Shown: in pieces, positions 15,440-29,097 of the stretch
Layout: each line of letters begins with the position of its first letter
How positions within the stretch are numbered: the first letter of the stretch is position 1
Assembly (NCBI GenBank): GCA_050613775.1
Contig: JBODTK010000112.1
Span: 310,001-374,000 of the forward strand
Direction: 5' to 3'
DNA length: 64,000 nucleotides
Source of the DNA: Neocallimastix sp. 'constans'
Lineage: Eukaryota
Made by a program: the position numbers and the translations under genes
The notes under the pieces: model-generated
Told to the model about the DNA's origin: nothing
Seen by the model: only the letters and a program-made list of their open reading frames with translations
Databases searched by the model: none

Positions 15440-18394
15440 GTAGTTGAAATATTGATAATAAAAAAAAAAATAAAATAAAAATAAAAATAAAAAAATGAAA
15501 AATAAATGCGTTATAATAACTTTAAATAAAATTCCCTTTTACTAGTTCATTTTATTATATTTTGTTAAATTAAAAATTTATAAATAAATATATTAATAAT
15601 TAATATTAGTTATTCATTTAATCCAGTTTAAAACATAAAAATATAAATCTTGTCAATCATAAAGAAATTTTTATAATTTTTAATAAATATTATTAAATTG
15701 ATATTGCTCTACATATTATAAATTAAATTAAAATAAATTTATTTAGTCTAAATACAAATCTTAGAATCTCCATTAAGTTTAATATATAATTTTTATCATT
15801 AAATTATAAAAATATCAAATATTTGAAATATTTTAGCATATTCCTTCAAGACATATTACCTTCTATGGGGTTCACTGAAAGAAGACCAACTTAATTCTCG
15901 TAATCCGAGATGGTAAAAAATCCAAGCATTGTTCAATGAATGTTTTTAGTACATTTACTTTTTGAAATTATTTGTAATAAATATTATTTAATATAGTTAT
16001 TAATTAATTTTAAAAAACTTTAAGAAATAGAATTATTTTTTCATTAATGTATCTTTTTCTTATTCTTATATTTTCATCCTTTACATAAATTTATTATTTC
16101 TTTGTGTATTAATCATTAATATGTAGTATTATAATATAATATTTATTATGTATTTTTTTATTTTTTTTTTTAATGGCTATGTAATTATGGTACTTTTTTT
16201 TATATAAATATGTAGGAATTGACTTGTTCCACCTCAATTTTTTAATATGGTTTTGATATTTAATATACTTTACGCTTTTTTAAAAAAATAATTTTTTTAT
16301 TTGTATTTCTCAAACAATATCATATAACTATATGATAAAGTATATGTAGATATTAATAGTGAATTATAAAAAAATAAAACTTGATTTTACAAAATTTTAC
16401 AATGAAAACTATTCACTAACAATTTGAATTTTTTTTTTTTTTTTTTTTCCATTAGATTACAAAACTGAGTGAAATTAATACAATATAAAATATATATATA
16501 TATATATCTCAAAAGTAAAGATCACAACGAAAAATATATTTTTATTTTTTATTCTTTCTTTTACCACATTTATTAATATTTTTTATTTTATTTTTATAAT
16601 GATTTTTTTTATTAATATAGTTATATTTTTATTTTGAAATATAGACTATATGTAGAGGTCTGAAACGTTTTGGACCTGACAATGAAAAATTGTTTTAATT
16701 TTCATTCATGATCCTGAACTGTGGACTGAAAGTAGATTATTGTAGTTTTTAATTAAAAAATATCAAATTGTAATGAAAATATTCATGGAATTGTTAAAAA
16801 GCACTATATTAATATTAAAATATAAATTACTTCATCCTAAGAGTTAACTAAAGTAATAAAATGGATTATTTGAAAGTTATTTTTATGATTACAAAAAGCA
16901 AAACACCTAATTGCTAAAAGAATAAGTTGGAGGATGACTTCAAAAGGATTGGTACATTTCCTAATATAAATTATAATAGAATCAGTAATTATTCTAAAGC
17001 CACTTTTCCTCTCTCTGATAGCCTTCTGTATGCTAATGGTGGGAAGAATTCTTTTATTGTCTTCATAATTGTTAACGATAAATTAGGAGATTATCTGAAT
17101 ATTGCTTCTATATTCAACTCTTTTATGATATCTCTGACCATTCACTACTTATTCTTTCGTATAAAAAAAATCTACCGATAAGAATATTAAATAGTCTAAT
17201 AGAATTTGAAAGGATAAACATTAGTAAAGTAGTATAAAATGAAATATTTGGTAAAGTAGTATAAAATAATAAAATATTAATTAAAGTAAGATAAAATAAA
17301 TATTGAAGTATAATAAAAGGTGTAAAGTATCAATAAATAGTTTAAATGAAATTATATGTATACTACTTTATATACATGAATAGGTGAAATATTAATATAA
17401 TATTATAACTGATAAGCATAAAATTTTCTTTTAACAATATTCTTCATTCAAAGAAATAATATCAAATAATGAAGTTAATCTATATCAATTTTATTATTAA
17501 ATTTGTTACATTAAAGTTATTAACAATAAATATAGTTGTTGTTTAATATAATTTCATAAATGATTTATTAAGCAATAAACATATTAATGTCCAATTTTAA
17601 TTTAATAAATAACACCTGTAACCATTTTTATAGTCTATATTTTACTGGATATTTTTGATTTTAATTTTTTAATCATATCATACGTTTATATATTATATAT
17701 ATATATATAAAAAACAGGTAAAATATGATAAAAATATTAAATTATTAATCAAGTTCTTTATTTTTTTTTTCCAAAAAATTTTTAATTCAATTTAATTAAT
17801 TTAAAATTTTAATAATTATATTATTGTGTAACAAAATATATACTACATATATTAATTTTCAAAAATAAAATTAATTATTATCTCTATAATGTATTAAAAA
17901 TAATAATACAAATCGATTTACAAAAATATAATATATCCATTCATAAAAGTATTATATGTTAAGAAAACAATTTTGAAAAATATAATTATATTCGTATATA
18001 AAGAAAGTAAATTGAATTGTATATTTAAAATAATATTAAAATTATATTAATACATAAGTATATTCATCTTGTTAAATAATGTTAAATTCTTATTATATTC
18101 ATTGATTTTAATTATTTAATTAGTAGAATATAATTTCATAAGAAAAAAAAAAAAAGTAAATTATTAATTAATATAGATTATTTAATATTAATGTATACGC
18201 GTTAATGTTTTATAATTATATTTTGTAAATGTTATTATTTCATATGATCTTACCATAAAATAAAATTTTATCTTTTTAATATATAATTCATAAATTTTTC
18301 AAATAAATATATAATTCTTTTCTCTATCTTATTATTATTATTGTTAATATTAATAATATTATTATTACTATTACTATTATTATTATTATTATTA

Positions 18395-18435
<41 letters not shown>

Positions 18436-18461
18436 ATTAGAGTAATAATTCATAAATATCT

Positions 18462-20512
18462 ATGTATAGTAAAAATCGTTCAAGTTCTTTTTATGATGAT
18501 GAAACAAGAAATAATTCAATAGAAAATTTACCAATTTATTCTCCATCAAAATCAGATTTTGTAGTCCCCATAAATGTATTATTAAACACACACACATATA
18601 TATATATATAAGCAATAACATAAATTATTATTATATTTATAAATGCCTAATTGTTTAATTATATAAAAGGATAAAACTGTTTCAGGCTATAAAATCTCTC
18701 TTAAACAATTATACCCCCGACATCAAGAATATTTAATTATAGAAGATTTATTTTATGTTTTATTGGTATTATTATTCTTGAATATAAATTATTGAAATAA
18801 AAGCATTTTTATTCTTTTTTATATTAATTAAATTAATATTAAAAAAAAAGGGTTTTGATGGAGAATATATTTATAGAATAAATGATAAAACCTCAAGAAA
18901 TTTATTTTTTAATGACGAGACGACAAGCAGTAATATAAATAATTTTCAAATTTCTAAAGATCTTGGTAATTAATAAAATAATTAAAATTATTTTCAATAA
19001 ATGAAATATATGTGATTTAATAAAAGAATCTTTTTTTAGAAAATTTTATACTTAATATTAGTATAAATTCTAATAATTTTAAGATATATTCAATTACTAA
19101 TTTTATAATAATATAAATATTTTATAAATTATTAATGTTGATTTTGTTAACTTAAAAAAAAAAAAAATAGATCAATCCTTAAAAGATTTGATTTATCGTA
19201 TATTACCGTTAGCTAATTATTATATACAAATTGAAAATTTCATTGAAACACATTCTTTATTTGAATATGGTCAAATTAATCAAGCTTTCTCAGCAGCAAT
19301 AAGAAGACTTTTGCAAGTAATATTATATTTTATACGTCAATATAAAATCAATAGAAAAAATTAATAATTTATTTATTATTATTTTTACGATTATGATTAT
19401 GATTATGATTATGATTATGATTATGATTATGATTATAAAATTAATAAAAAAAATTATGAAAAAAATTTTTTAGGAATATCGTATATTGATTAATCAATTA
19501 GAACATCAATTTCATACATCAAATTCTTTTTCTCTCCAAAAATTATGGTATTATATTCACCCTCATATTCATACAATGGCTACGTTATCTTCTTTAATTG
19601 AAAAAATTCAAGTTAAAGAAAGTCCATTTAACCATTCTGAGGATAATAGTACATCAGATGTTTCAAATTTTAGTAATCCATCAGATTTTTTCTTAATGAA
19701 TAATAAAAATACAGTTTTACCAAGAGGTGGTGCACTCCTTACTCTAATACATAATGATATATTAGTCTATAGTGGGTAAGAAAGTAACATTATATTAAAT
19801 AATTATTTCAAAAATAATAAATTACTTTTAAGTAATTAATATATAATTAGTGACATTTTTAATATAACTGTTTGTTTAATATATGTACATATATATGTAT
19901 ATATGAAGTGATCCAATGACAAAAAAATTATATGAATATCTATTGTCCTATGCATCAGTGCCATATTTTAAAATTTTAAAAAGATGGATTTATCACGGAG
20001 AAATAAAAGATCCTTCCAATGAATTTATGGTTGAAAAGAAAAATATTAGAAAAGAAAATCTTCATGAAGAATTTAATGATGTAAATAATCACTTTTATAT
20101 ACTATTAAGATTATTTATTCATATAAATATAATTTTGAATTTTGAATTTAAAATTATAAATTTATATATACTATTTATATTTTCTATTTTTATTATTGTA
20201 TATCTAAATATTTATAATTTTTAATATATTTTTATATAAGATGTATTGGGAACAATGCTATACCCTAAGGGAGGAAGCAATGCCAACCTTTTTAGCTTCA
20301 TATAAACATAAAATTTTGGCGGCTGGAAAGTATTTAAATGTTATAAGAGAGTATAAAAGAGAAGAAAGTGGTAAATTACTTGGTTACAATTTTCTAAGTA
20401 GTAATGAATCTATTGAAAAAGAAGGTGTATTAAGTAAAATACCATATATGGAAGCTGATGAATTGATGAAAACCATTGGAGAAGGAAGGTAATTTAAATA
20501 AATAAAAAATTA

Positions 20513-20573
<61 letters not shown>

Positions 20574-21373
20574 GTAATAATAATATATAATATTAATATA
20601 TGATATTAATATTATTTATAATGCAATTCCTTTATATTTGTATATTCACTTAAAGATATAAAATTGAAATTGATCTTGCTTATCATTCTGCAAATAAAGC
20701 ATTAATTGATTTAATATTTAAAGAACAACATTTGGTAGATAGATTAAGGTAAATATTATTATTAATTATAATGATAATTATAATAATAATAGTGGTAGTA
20801 ATAGAAATAATGGTAGTAATAATCTATTTTTAATGACTTAAATTATAATTTTTCATATAAATTTTTTCCCCATCATATTTTTCTTTAATTTCTTAACTGT
20901 AAAAAATTAATTGTATTATAAATTTAAATTATACAAATAAAGATCAATAAAACATTACCTCTTTCTTGATCAATCTGATTTTTTGACACATTTTCTTGAT
21001 ATTGCTTCTTCTGAATTAGAAAAACGATCTAAAGATATTTCTTTAACAAAGCTCCAATCATTATTAGATATATCATTACGTAACCCTTCATCAGTTTCCT
21101 CACAAGATCCATATAATGAAAATGTAAGAGTAGAGATGAGCCGTTGTAGTCTTATTGAACAACTTTTGAAAATTAATAGTATAGTAGGTGTAGGTGTTGA
21201 AACGGTTCAGCAAAGTGTTAAAGATTTAAAAACTTATAAGCAAAATTGGAATGCTTTAAGAGATAGTGTTAAAACTTTTACCGATAATCATACTTTAACA
21301 GGTATTTAAAAAACTAAATTGATTTACTAATATAATTAAATAACTATTATATTAAATAATTTATTTTATTTTT

Positions 21374-21411
<38 letters not shown>

Positions 21412-22533
21412 TAATTTTTATAAATACTTAATGAAACAATTTTCTAATATATTTTTTAAACTTAGGTTATGATGCCTTTACTCTAAATTATTCTGTAAAA
21501 TTTCCTTTAACTCTTATTTTAAATATGACAGCAATGACAAAATATCAATTACTTTTTAGACATATATTTTCTTGTAAATATGTTGAAAAGCGTTTAGCAG
21601 AGAGTTGGTTATTACAATCTTCCTCAAAAATTAATATTTGGAAGGGACGTAAAGAAAAAAGAGCTAAAGATTCAGAAACAACATTACTCTCACTTCGTAT
21701 ATATTCCCTTCGTTCTAAAATGTTAAATTTTGTTCAACAATTCATGTATTATGTATGTTTTGAAGTTTTAGAACCAAATTGGGTACTTATGGAACAAAAA
21801 ATTAAAAAGGCTACTACAGTAGAGGAAGTATTAACAATTCATAGTGATTTTCAAGATACCTGTTTAAAAGAATGCATGCTTACTACACCAAATTCTTTAA
21901 AGGTAAAAATGATATTTATTTATATAATTGTTCGTTTATTTATTTATTTAATTAGTTTAATAATTAATTAGTTGGCAGTTGGTTAGTTATTCTTATTATT
22001 ATCCTTAATGATAATTATTAATCTATATTATTTTTTTATAAAATAACCTAAAATTAATAAATGATAATAATAATAATAATAATAATAAATATATATATAT
22101 ATATATAAAGATCTTTAATGAAATCATGATGACATGTAAAAAATTTGTAAAATTTTTTGAATGGTGCATTAGTGAAAATAATAGTAGTACATCAACTATT
22201 ACAAGCAATGCACCAGACGATATGGATATTGATGGACATACAAATAGTTTAGAAGATTTAGGTATAGATACAAATGGTGTTAATGATGGTAAAATTTCCA
22301 ATCGATCTCATCCTCTAATTATTTTAAAGCATTATGAAGATAATTTTCTCTATCATCTTAAAAAATTAATTGATATTTTACATTTCTCTACAGTGGAAAG
22401 TTCTATTTTCAGTAGTCTTCTTATTCGTTTAGATTATAATCAATATTATTATCATCTTCAAAGTCTAAGTATTGGACCATCAACCGTAAATATGCAATTG
22501 GATAATTCTGATGAAAAAAAGCAAAATAAATAA
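18462..22533 (+). CDS. SPC97: Gamma-tubulin complex component GCP2 (Spc97/Alp4), multi-exon
   Basis: Spliced translation gives QEYLIIEDLFYVLL|GFDGEYI...DQSLKDLIYRILPLA...SLFEYGQINQAFSAAIRRLLQ|EYRILINQLEHQF...SLQKLWYYIHP, RGGALLTLI, PYFKILKRWIYHGEIKDPSNEFMV, KILAAGKYLNVIRE, YQLLFRHIF, EVLEPNW, CLKECMLT and LLIRLDYNQYY. These are GCP2-type GRIP motifs. The start codon is uncertain. Confidence 0.9.
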
Positions 22534-22632
22534 ATATATTAAATAAAAGAATAAAATAGAAATAAAAATAAAAATAAAAAAAAAAAAATTGTTTTTTACT
22601 TTGATTATATTATTATTAATTACCACATTAAA

Positions 22633-22665
<33 letters not shown>

Positions 22666-23495
22666 TAAATGTATATATATTATAAAATTATCAATAAAAT
22701 ATAAATGATAATAATCTATAATTAATTATATTTATAATACATCCATGTATTAAAAAAAGCAAAAACATTAAAATATATATATATATATATAAATAAATAA
22801 ATAAAAAAAAAAAAAAAAAAAAAAAAAAGAAAAAAAAATTTTTATATTTGTCAGTATAAAAGTATTTTTAATGTATTAATAATATTATAATATTATTGTT
22901 TTTGTAAAATATTATTTAATGGATTAATTTAATAAATTTTCTCAAATAAAATAAATAATTCCACCAAATTAATTTGTTTTTAAATGATTATTATAATTAT
23001 TAATTACACTACAGGAATTTATAATTATATAAAAATATAATATATAAAAAAAATTTAATAAATGAAAAATAAATTTAATTTTTTATTTTTAGTTTCATTT
23101 TTAATTTTTATTTATTTATTTATGTATTTATTTATTTATTTATTTTTATTTTATTTTTTTTTTTAAATTTTTACATATTTAATGTATATTTAATGTATAT
23201 TCATTTATTTGAATAATTATTTTTTTTATTTTTTTTTTTTTTTATTATAATCATTTTTATTTATTATAATAATTAAAAAAATTAATTATTATAATTTTAT
23301 TTATATTATTATTCATAATTATATATATATATATATATATATAATTATATTTATATTCATATTTATATTTGTATTTATTTAATTTTTTATTATTCATTAT
23401 TTTTTATGATTGTATTATATTTATAGTTATTATTATATTATTTATTTTTATTTAAAAATAATATAAAATCTTTAATAAGAATCTTTTTATACTTC

Positions 23496-25841
23496 TTAGT
23501 AAAGTTTGTAAGCTCTCCTCTTAAGTTCAGCTTCATCAGCACTGTCTTCAACGTTTTCAACTTCAGCATTAACTTCATCAGCACTATCTTCAGCATTTTC
23601 AACTTCAGCTTCAGAATCAACATCTTGAGCATCTTCATCAACACTATCTTCAGTATTTTCAACATTATCACTAACTTCTTCTTCATCAGAATCAAAATAA
23701 ATAGCAGCTGGAACAGTAGTTTTAAGTGGTAAGTCTCTAGCATTGGAACCTGCAAAAACTGTATATTCACCTTCTTCTGGTTGAACGAATTCCATAGTAT
23801 CTACATCAAAGTATGAAAGATCATGATTATCAACTATGATGTTAACTTCTTTACTTTCACCAGCTTCTAACATAACTTTATCGAATCCCTTGAATAAACG
23901 AGATGGATAATCTTTAACAACATCTGGGAATGAAAGGAAAATCATTGGAACAGCTGCACCTGCAACATCACCAGTATTAGTAACAGTTAAAGTAACATGA
24001 AGACCATCTTCTTCCATTTCTGCTTCTAAATTAGAATATTCAAAAGTAGTGTAAGATAAACCATAACCGAAAGCAAAGGTTGGTTCAATTCCTTGTTTAT
24101 CGAACCAACGATAACCAACGAAAAGACCTTCATTGTAATCGTATACAGTCATTTTTTCACCACCATCTGGATATTCTGGTTCATACTTAACATCAGTTGG
24201 ATAATCTTCACGAGGTGCCCAAGTGTATGGTAAATGACCTGATGGATTAACATCTCCGAATAAAACATCAGCAATTGCATGACCTGTTTCTTGACCTGGT
24301 AAACCAGCGAAAACAATACCTTTAACCTTATCCAAGAATGGAACATTAACTGGTCCTGGAGCATGAATAACAACAATGGTATTTTTATTAACTGAAGCAA
24401 CAGCATCAATTAATTCATTACCTCCATGCCATAAATCTAAGTCAAGACGATCACCAGCATTTCCTTCAACAGTAATATATTCTTCACCAGAATCAGCTTG
24501 AACGAAAACAATAGCTAAATCTGCATCTTTAGCAACTTCTGCTCCAGCTTCGGCATCATCTTCACCAGAACTAACAACTTCAATGTTATCCTTCTTAGCT
24601 CTTTCAGTAATAGCTGAAAGTGGATCAATTACGTATTTGAAATCGGTAGTACCGGATCCCCAACCAAGAGCAAGAGTACCATCAGCACACTTCATATCAT
24701 CACAGAAGTTAGCAGGCATTGAATCTTTACCGATAACTGCAATCTTCTTAACACCCTTAATTGGAAGAATTGATTCATCATTCTTTAATAAGACATTACT
24801 ATCAGCACCAACCTTTCTGTTAAGAGCAATGTTTTCATCAGTAAGAGTATCAACATATAAGTTAACATCTGGGAAGTTTTCCATTTGACCAGCCTTGAAT
24901 AAAGCACGAACAACACGTAAAGCTGCATCATCTAATCTTTCTTGAGTGAAAATACCTTGATCAATATATTCTTGAATATGTTCACCCCAGAAACTGTCAC
25001 CAACATAATCTGGACCCCAGTATTTTCCACCTGGCATGTTCATATCTAAACCAGCACCAAAACTGTCAATTCTGTAAAGACCCCACCAGTCAGACATAAC
25101 CATACCTTGGAATCCCATCTTATCCTTTAAGATATCAGTTAATAATCTTTTATTTTCAGAAGTGTAAGTTCCATTTACAGCATTGTAACTAGACATAATA
25201 GCATTTGTTTCAGCATCATTAACAAGACGGTAGAATGGAGCTAAGTAAACTTCCCAGAGAGCTTGTTCTGGAATGTTTGAAGTTGAAGCACCACGGTTAT
25301 TTTCTTGGTCGTTACCAACAAAATGCTTAGAGGTTGCAATAACACCTTGAGATTGAATACCCTTAACTACTTCAGTACCACATTCACCAACATAAAATGG
25401 ATCTTCACCATAACTTTCCCAGATTCTACCTGAGGCTAGTGCACGTTGAATACCTACAGCAGGAGAAAGAGCAAAATTAATACCTCTTTGATAGAATTCG
25501 TTACCTTGAGCTTCACCAACCTTACGAAGTAAAGTTCTATCGAATGTAGCAGCACTGTTAATAGATGCTTGCCATGAAGTAGCTGTACCTTTAGCAAATC
25601 TAACACCAGCTGGACCATCTTGAAGACAAAGACCCTTGAAGCCTTTTCTTTCAATTGGGTCAATAGAACCAACACATACACCAGTCATATTTTCTCTACC
25701 AGTAATAATAGAAATTTTTTCTTCATTAGTTAAATCAGCACACCATTCTCTAGCTTTAGCATCTGCTTCTTCCCAAGTAATAGCTAAAGACTTTGAAACA
25801 AAGAGAAGAGCAATAGTGGATAAAACAGATGAAAACTTCAT
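23496..25841 (-). CDS. Secreted GH3 beta-glucosidase, intronless, with FnIII-like domain and acidic C-terminal repeat tail
   Basis: 781-aa ORF with signal peptide MKFSSVLSTIALLFVSKSLA. Motifs CLQDGPAGVR, GRIWESYGEDP, KHFVGNDQE, nucleophile MSDW, acid/base DSGEEY, EGLFVGYRWFD, FGYGLSYTTF. No Cys-rich dockerin. Confidence 0.96.
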   Translation of the reverse strand: MKFSSVLSTIALLFVSKSLAITWEEADAKAREWCADLTNEEKISIITGRENMTGVCVGSIDPIERKGFKGLCLQDGPAGVRFAKGTATSWQASINSAATFDRTLLRKVGEAQGNEFYQRGINFALSPAVGIQRALASGRIWESYGEDPFYVGECGTEVVKGIQSQGVIATSKHFVGNDQENNRGASTSNIPEQALWEVYLAPFYRLVNDAETNAIMSSYNAVNGTYTSENKRLLTDILKDKMGFQGMVMSDWWGLYRIDSFGAGLDMNMPGGKYWGPDYVGDSFWGEHIQEYIDQGIFTQERLDDAALRVVRALFKAGQMENFPDVNLYVDTLTDENIALNRKVGADSNVLLKNDESILPIKGVKKIAVIGKDSMPANFCDDMKCADGTLALGWGSGTTDFKYVIDPLSAITERAKKDNIEVVSSGEDDAEAGAEVAKDADLAIVFVQADSGEEYITVEGNAGDRLDLDLWHGGNELIDAVASVNKNTIVVIHAPGPVNVPFLDKVKGIVFAGLPGQETGHAIADVLFGDVNPSGHLPYTWAPREDYPTDVKYEPEYPDGGEKMTVYDYNEGLFVGYRWFDKQGIEPTFAFGYGLSYTTFEYSNLEAEMEEDGLHVTLTVTNTGDVAGAAVPMIFLSFPDVVKDYPSRLFKGFDKVMLEAGESKEVNIIVDNHDLSYFDVDTMEFVQPEEGEYTVFAGSNARDLPLKTTVPAAIYFDSDEEEVSDNVENTEDSVDEDAQDVDSEAEVENAEDSADEVNAEVENVEDSADEAELKRRAYKLY

Positions 25842-26120
25842 TTTTTATTATTTTATTTTATTTTTTTTTTTTAAATTTCTATTTGTTTATTTTTTATATT
25901 TACTTAATTTATTATTTTATTATATTTTATATTTTTTTTATTAAATATTATGTATAAGTTATATCTAATAACTCTATATTAATTAATAAAATTTTATATA
26001 AAATAATATCAAATTATTTTTTCCTTTTATAATATTAAAAATTATATAAATATAAATATAATTATATAAATTTTGTTTTTCTAAAATTTTGGAAAATAAT
26101 TAGATTTATATACCTTTCAA

Positions 26121-26151
<31 letters not shown>

Positions 26152-27269
26152 CATAATTCCATATTTTATTAAAATTTTAATTTTTCTAATGAAATAATAA
26201 ATAAAGTTTTACTGACTTTGTATTATTATTACTATTTTTTTTTTCTATTATTAAAATTTATATTGATTAATAATTAATAAGTAGTTATAATATTAAAATA
26301 AAACTATATATTGCTTTATGAAATTAAATACTAAAATATTTAAATATATATTAATATATGAATTTTTTTTAATTTATAATAATAAGAAAAATATTAAAAA
26401 TGCAAATTAAGTAAAATCTCACAATTTTCATCAATAAAAAATAAAATGAAAATTTTAAGTTCTTTTTTCTTTTTTTTTTTTTAATTTTAAAGAAAAAAAT
26501 AATGAATTTCATTTGTACAATATAAAAAATTAATATTAAATAAGATTTACTTTTAAATAAAAATAAAAAAAATAATTATATAAATTTAATAATATTGTGT
26601 TCCATTAATTTTATCCATAATACTAAAAAAAAAATAATAATAATAATATTAATTAAATAAGCAATTTTAAAAATTCTATAAAAATTTTTTTTATTACATA
26701 ATGGAGTGTAATTTCGAGAAAGTTGTATTTCGGAATATGTGGCTTTTTAAAATTTTAATAAATAAATTAATAAATAAATAATTTTAATAAAATTATTGTT
26801 TATTATGATTATTGAATTTTTTTTTTTTATAATATTTTTTAAATTTATTTTTTAAAAAAAAAGAAAAAGAAAAAGGAAAAAATATTTATAATAAAAATAT
26901 ATATATATTTAAAATATAGAAAGGTTTATATATCTTAAAATTATAAAAAAATTAATTTTAAATATTTTTAAAAATATTTAAAATAATATACACTTTAAAA
27001 AAAAATTTTTTAATATTAATAAAAAATTAAAATTATAAATTTTAAAATTTTTATATATTTTTTATATTTTTAAAATAAATATATATATATATATATCCTA
27101 TATTTAAAAAATAGGATATTCTTGAAATCAATAAAAAGTATTTAAAATAAAAATAAAAAAATAAGAATAAAAATTAAAAAGGCTTATATATCTTTAAAAT
27201 ATTAAAAAAAAATAATCTTATTATTGATATAAAAAGTTTTAAAAAAATTCTTTAAATTAAATATATAAA

Positions 27270-27426
27270 TAAAATATTCTTTAAAAAATAAAATATTCTT
27301 TAAAAATTAAGATATTCTTTAAAAAATAAAATATTCTTTAAAAATTAAAATATTCTTTAAAAAATAAAATATTCTTTAAAAATTAAAATATTCTTTAAAA
27401 AATAAAATATTCTTTAAAAATTAAAA
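27270..27426. repeat. 19-bp minisatellite x ~8 (taaaatattctttaaaaa[a/t]) inside the MULE
   Basis: Units alternate A/T at the last base, giving a 38-bp higher-order unit. Confidence 0.9.
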
Positions 27427-27776
27427 TTTAAACTTTTACATTTATTAAATTTATAGTATTATTATTGATAAAATCAATGATACAGAAAAAATTATTAATA
27501 AAAATATTTAACATTATTTTTTTTTTTTTATTTTTATTTTGTGTTTTAATAGAAATTTTATTTTTATTTATATTTTGTGTTTTAATAGAAAATTTTTGTT
27601 TTATATTATAAAAATTATTAATAAAAATATAAAAATAAAAATATTTAATAGAATATTTGCTTTATAGTATTCCTAAAATTAATGATATAGATACTAAACC
27701 TACTGATAAAAATATAAAAATAATAATAATAATAAAAATAAAATAATTATTTAGAAATATTTAATGATATAGATAA

Positions 27777-27807
<31 letters not shown>

Positions 27808-27899
27808 TTTAAAAATTTTAAACAATCGTTTGTTTTTAATTGTGAATACTTTTAATTATTATTAATAATCTTCTTCATTTTATCATTTATTAAAAATTA

Positions 27900-29097
27900 G
27901 TATTTATATTTTTTAAATTAATTAAATATTCAAACCATAATTTAACAATATCATTTATATAATAATTATTAAAAAGAACATTATTTAATTTATTATTCTA
28001 ATACATTATTTGTTATATGTTGTAATAATAATTCCAATTTTTATAATTTTTTAAATAGTTCCTTTTTTTTTTTTTAAAAAAAAAAAAAAACTCAATTTCA
28101 AATAATTTGTTATCATTGTTTGTTTTACACATAATTTTACAATAAATTTCAATTATATATTTTGGATTTACAAAAAGTAAAATCGAAATCACTTTATAAT
28201 AAATATATATGTTATTATATTTTACTTCATTATCAAATAATTCATTTTTTTTAAACTTTAATGCTCTTTTATAGTGCCAAATACAGTATTTAATGTTTAT
28301 ATTAGGAAATATTTTTTCTGTTGCATTAAGTATGCCTTTTTAGAAATCACAATGAAAATTTTTTGGTTGTAAGCATTTTTTTTATTTCTTCAAATACCAT
28401 CTCACAAGTAGATTATTCTTTATTTTTTAATATCGAAAAAGAAGTATCTTAAAAACTACTTAAATCTTTAATATAAGTTCTAGTAATAAACACTTAATAA
28501 CTAAATTTAGGTGTAATATAAATACCATCTGAAAATATATCTTCATTATACTTCATACATAATTTTGTTTGAAATGGGAATTAGAAGACTATTAAATTCG
28601 GATTTTTGAATATCATAAAATTCTAATTTCATACTGTTTTATAATATTTTGATTCATCAGGAATTTTAACAAACTTTGTTACATCAAGTGGCAGTTATTT
28701 AAATATTTCTTTTTATTTGGGATTTAATTGTTTTATATTCAAAACATATAAATTCCATTTTTGTGAAACTTCATTAAATATACTTTTAGGTTTCATACTC
28801 AAAAGAATTGAACTTTTTCAAATTTCATCTTTTATTTTATACTTTTCAATTGATATAGATTCATCAAATTCTTTTTCAAGATGATTATGTAAACTTGCAT
28901 ATCTTAAAATTTCCTTCTTATTTTATAAAATAATTAAAGATTTGCATTTATTTTAAAGTTTTATATTCAGTATATCTATTTACTTAAGAATTATCTTTAT
29001 TTTTTAGGTGAGAAATTAAATTTATATTTTTATTAATAGTAATTTGTTCTTTTCCTCAAGTAGCTTTCCTTGTTTCAATATTTATGTTTTCTTCCAT
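27900..29097 (-). pseudogene. MULE transposase pseudogene (FLYWCH-like N-terminus plus DDE remnants)
   Basis: Fragments with stops and frameshifts: MEENINIETRKAT*GKEQITIN..., KCKSLI...LHNHLEKE, DIFSDGIY.TPKFSY*VFITRTY, FHCDF*KGILNATEKIFPNINI..YCIWHYKRAL (CxxH), KNWNYY...TNNVLE. Confidence 0.8.

Noticed and set aside
15850..15890. Hairpin ribozyme or U1 snRNA (CATATTACCT, AGAAG)
   Set aside because: No loop-B partner AGAAACA, and no U1 stem-loop or ATTGCAC motif.
16927..17181. 84-aa ORF
   Set aside because: TTG start with no recognisable motif or exon context; possibly a decayed gene or TE fragment, but not assignable.
18268..18453. Poly-Asn ORF
   Set aside because: Produced by an (ATT)n microsatellite upstream of GCP2.
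23496..25841. Bacterial horizontal origin of the intronless GH3
   Set aside because: Motifs (CLQDGPAGVR, GTLALGWGSGT, DSGEEYITVEGNAGDR) are of the fungal secreted BGL1/Cel3A type. Lack of introns alone is insufficient; a phylogeny is needed.
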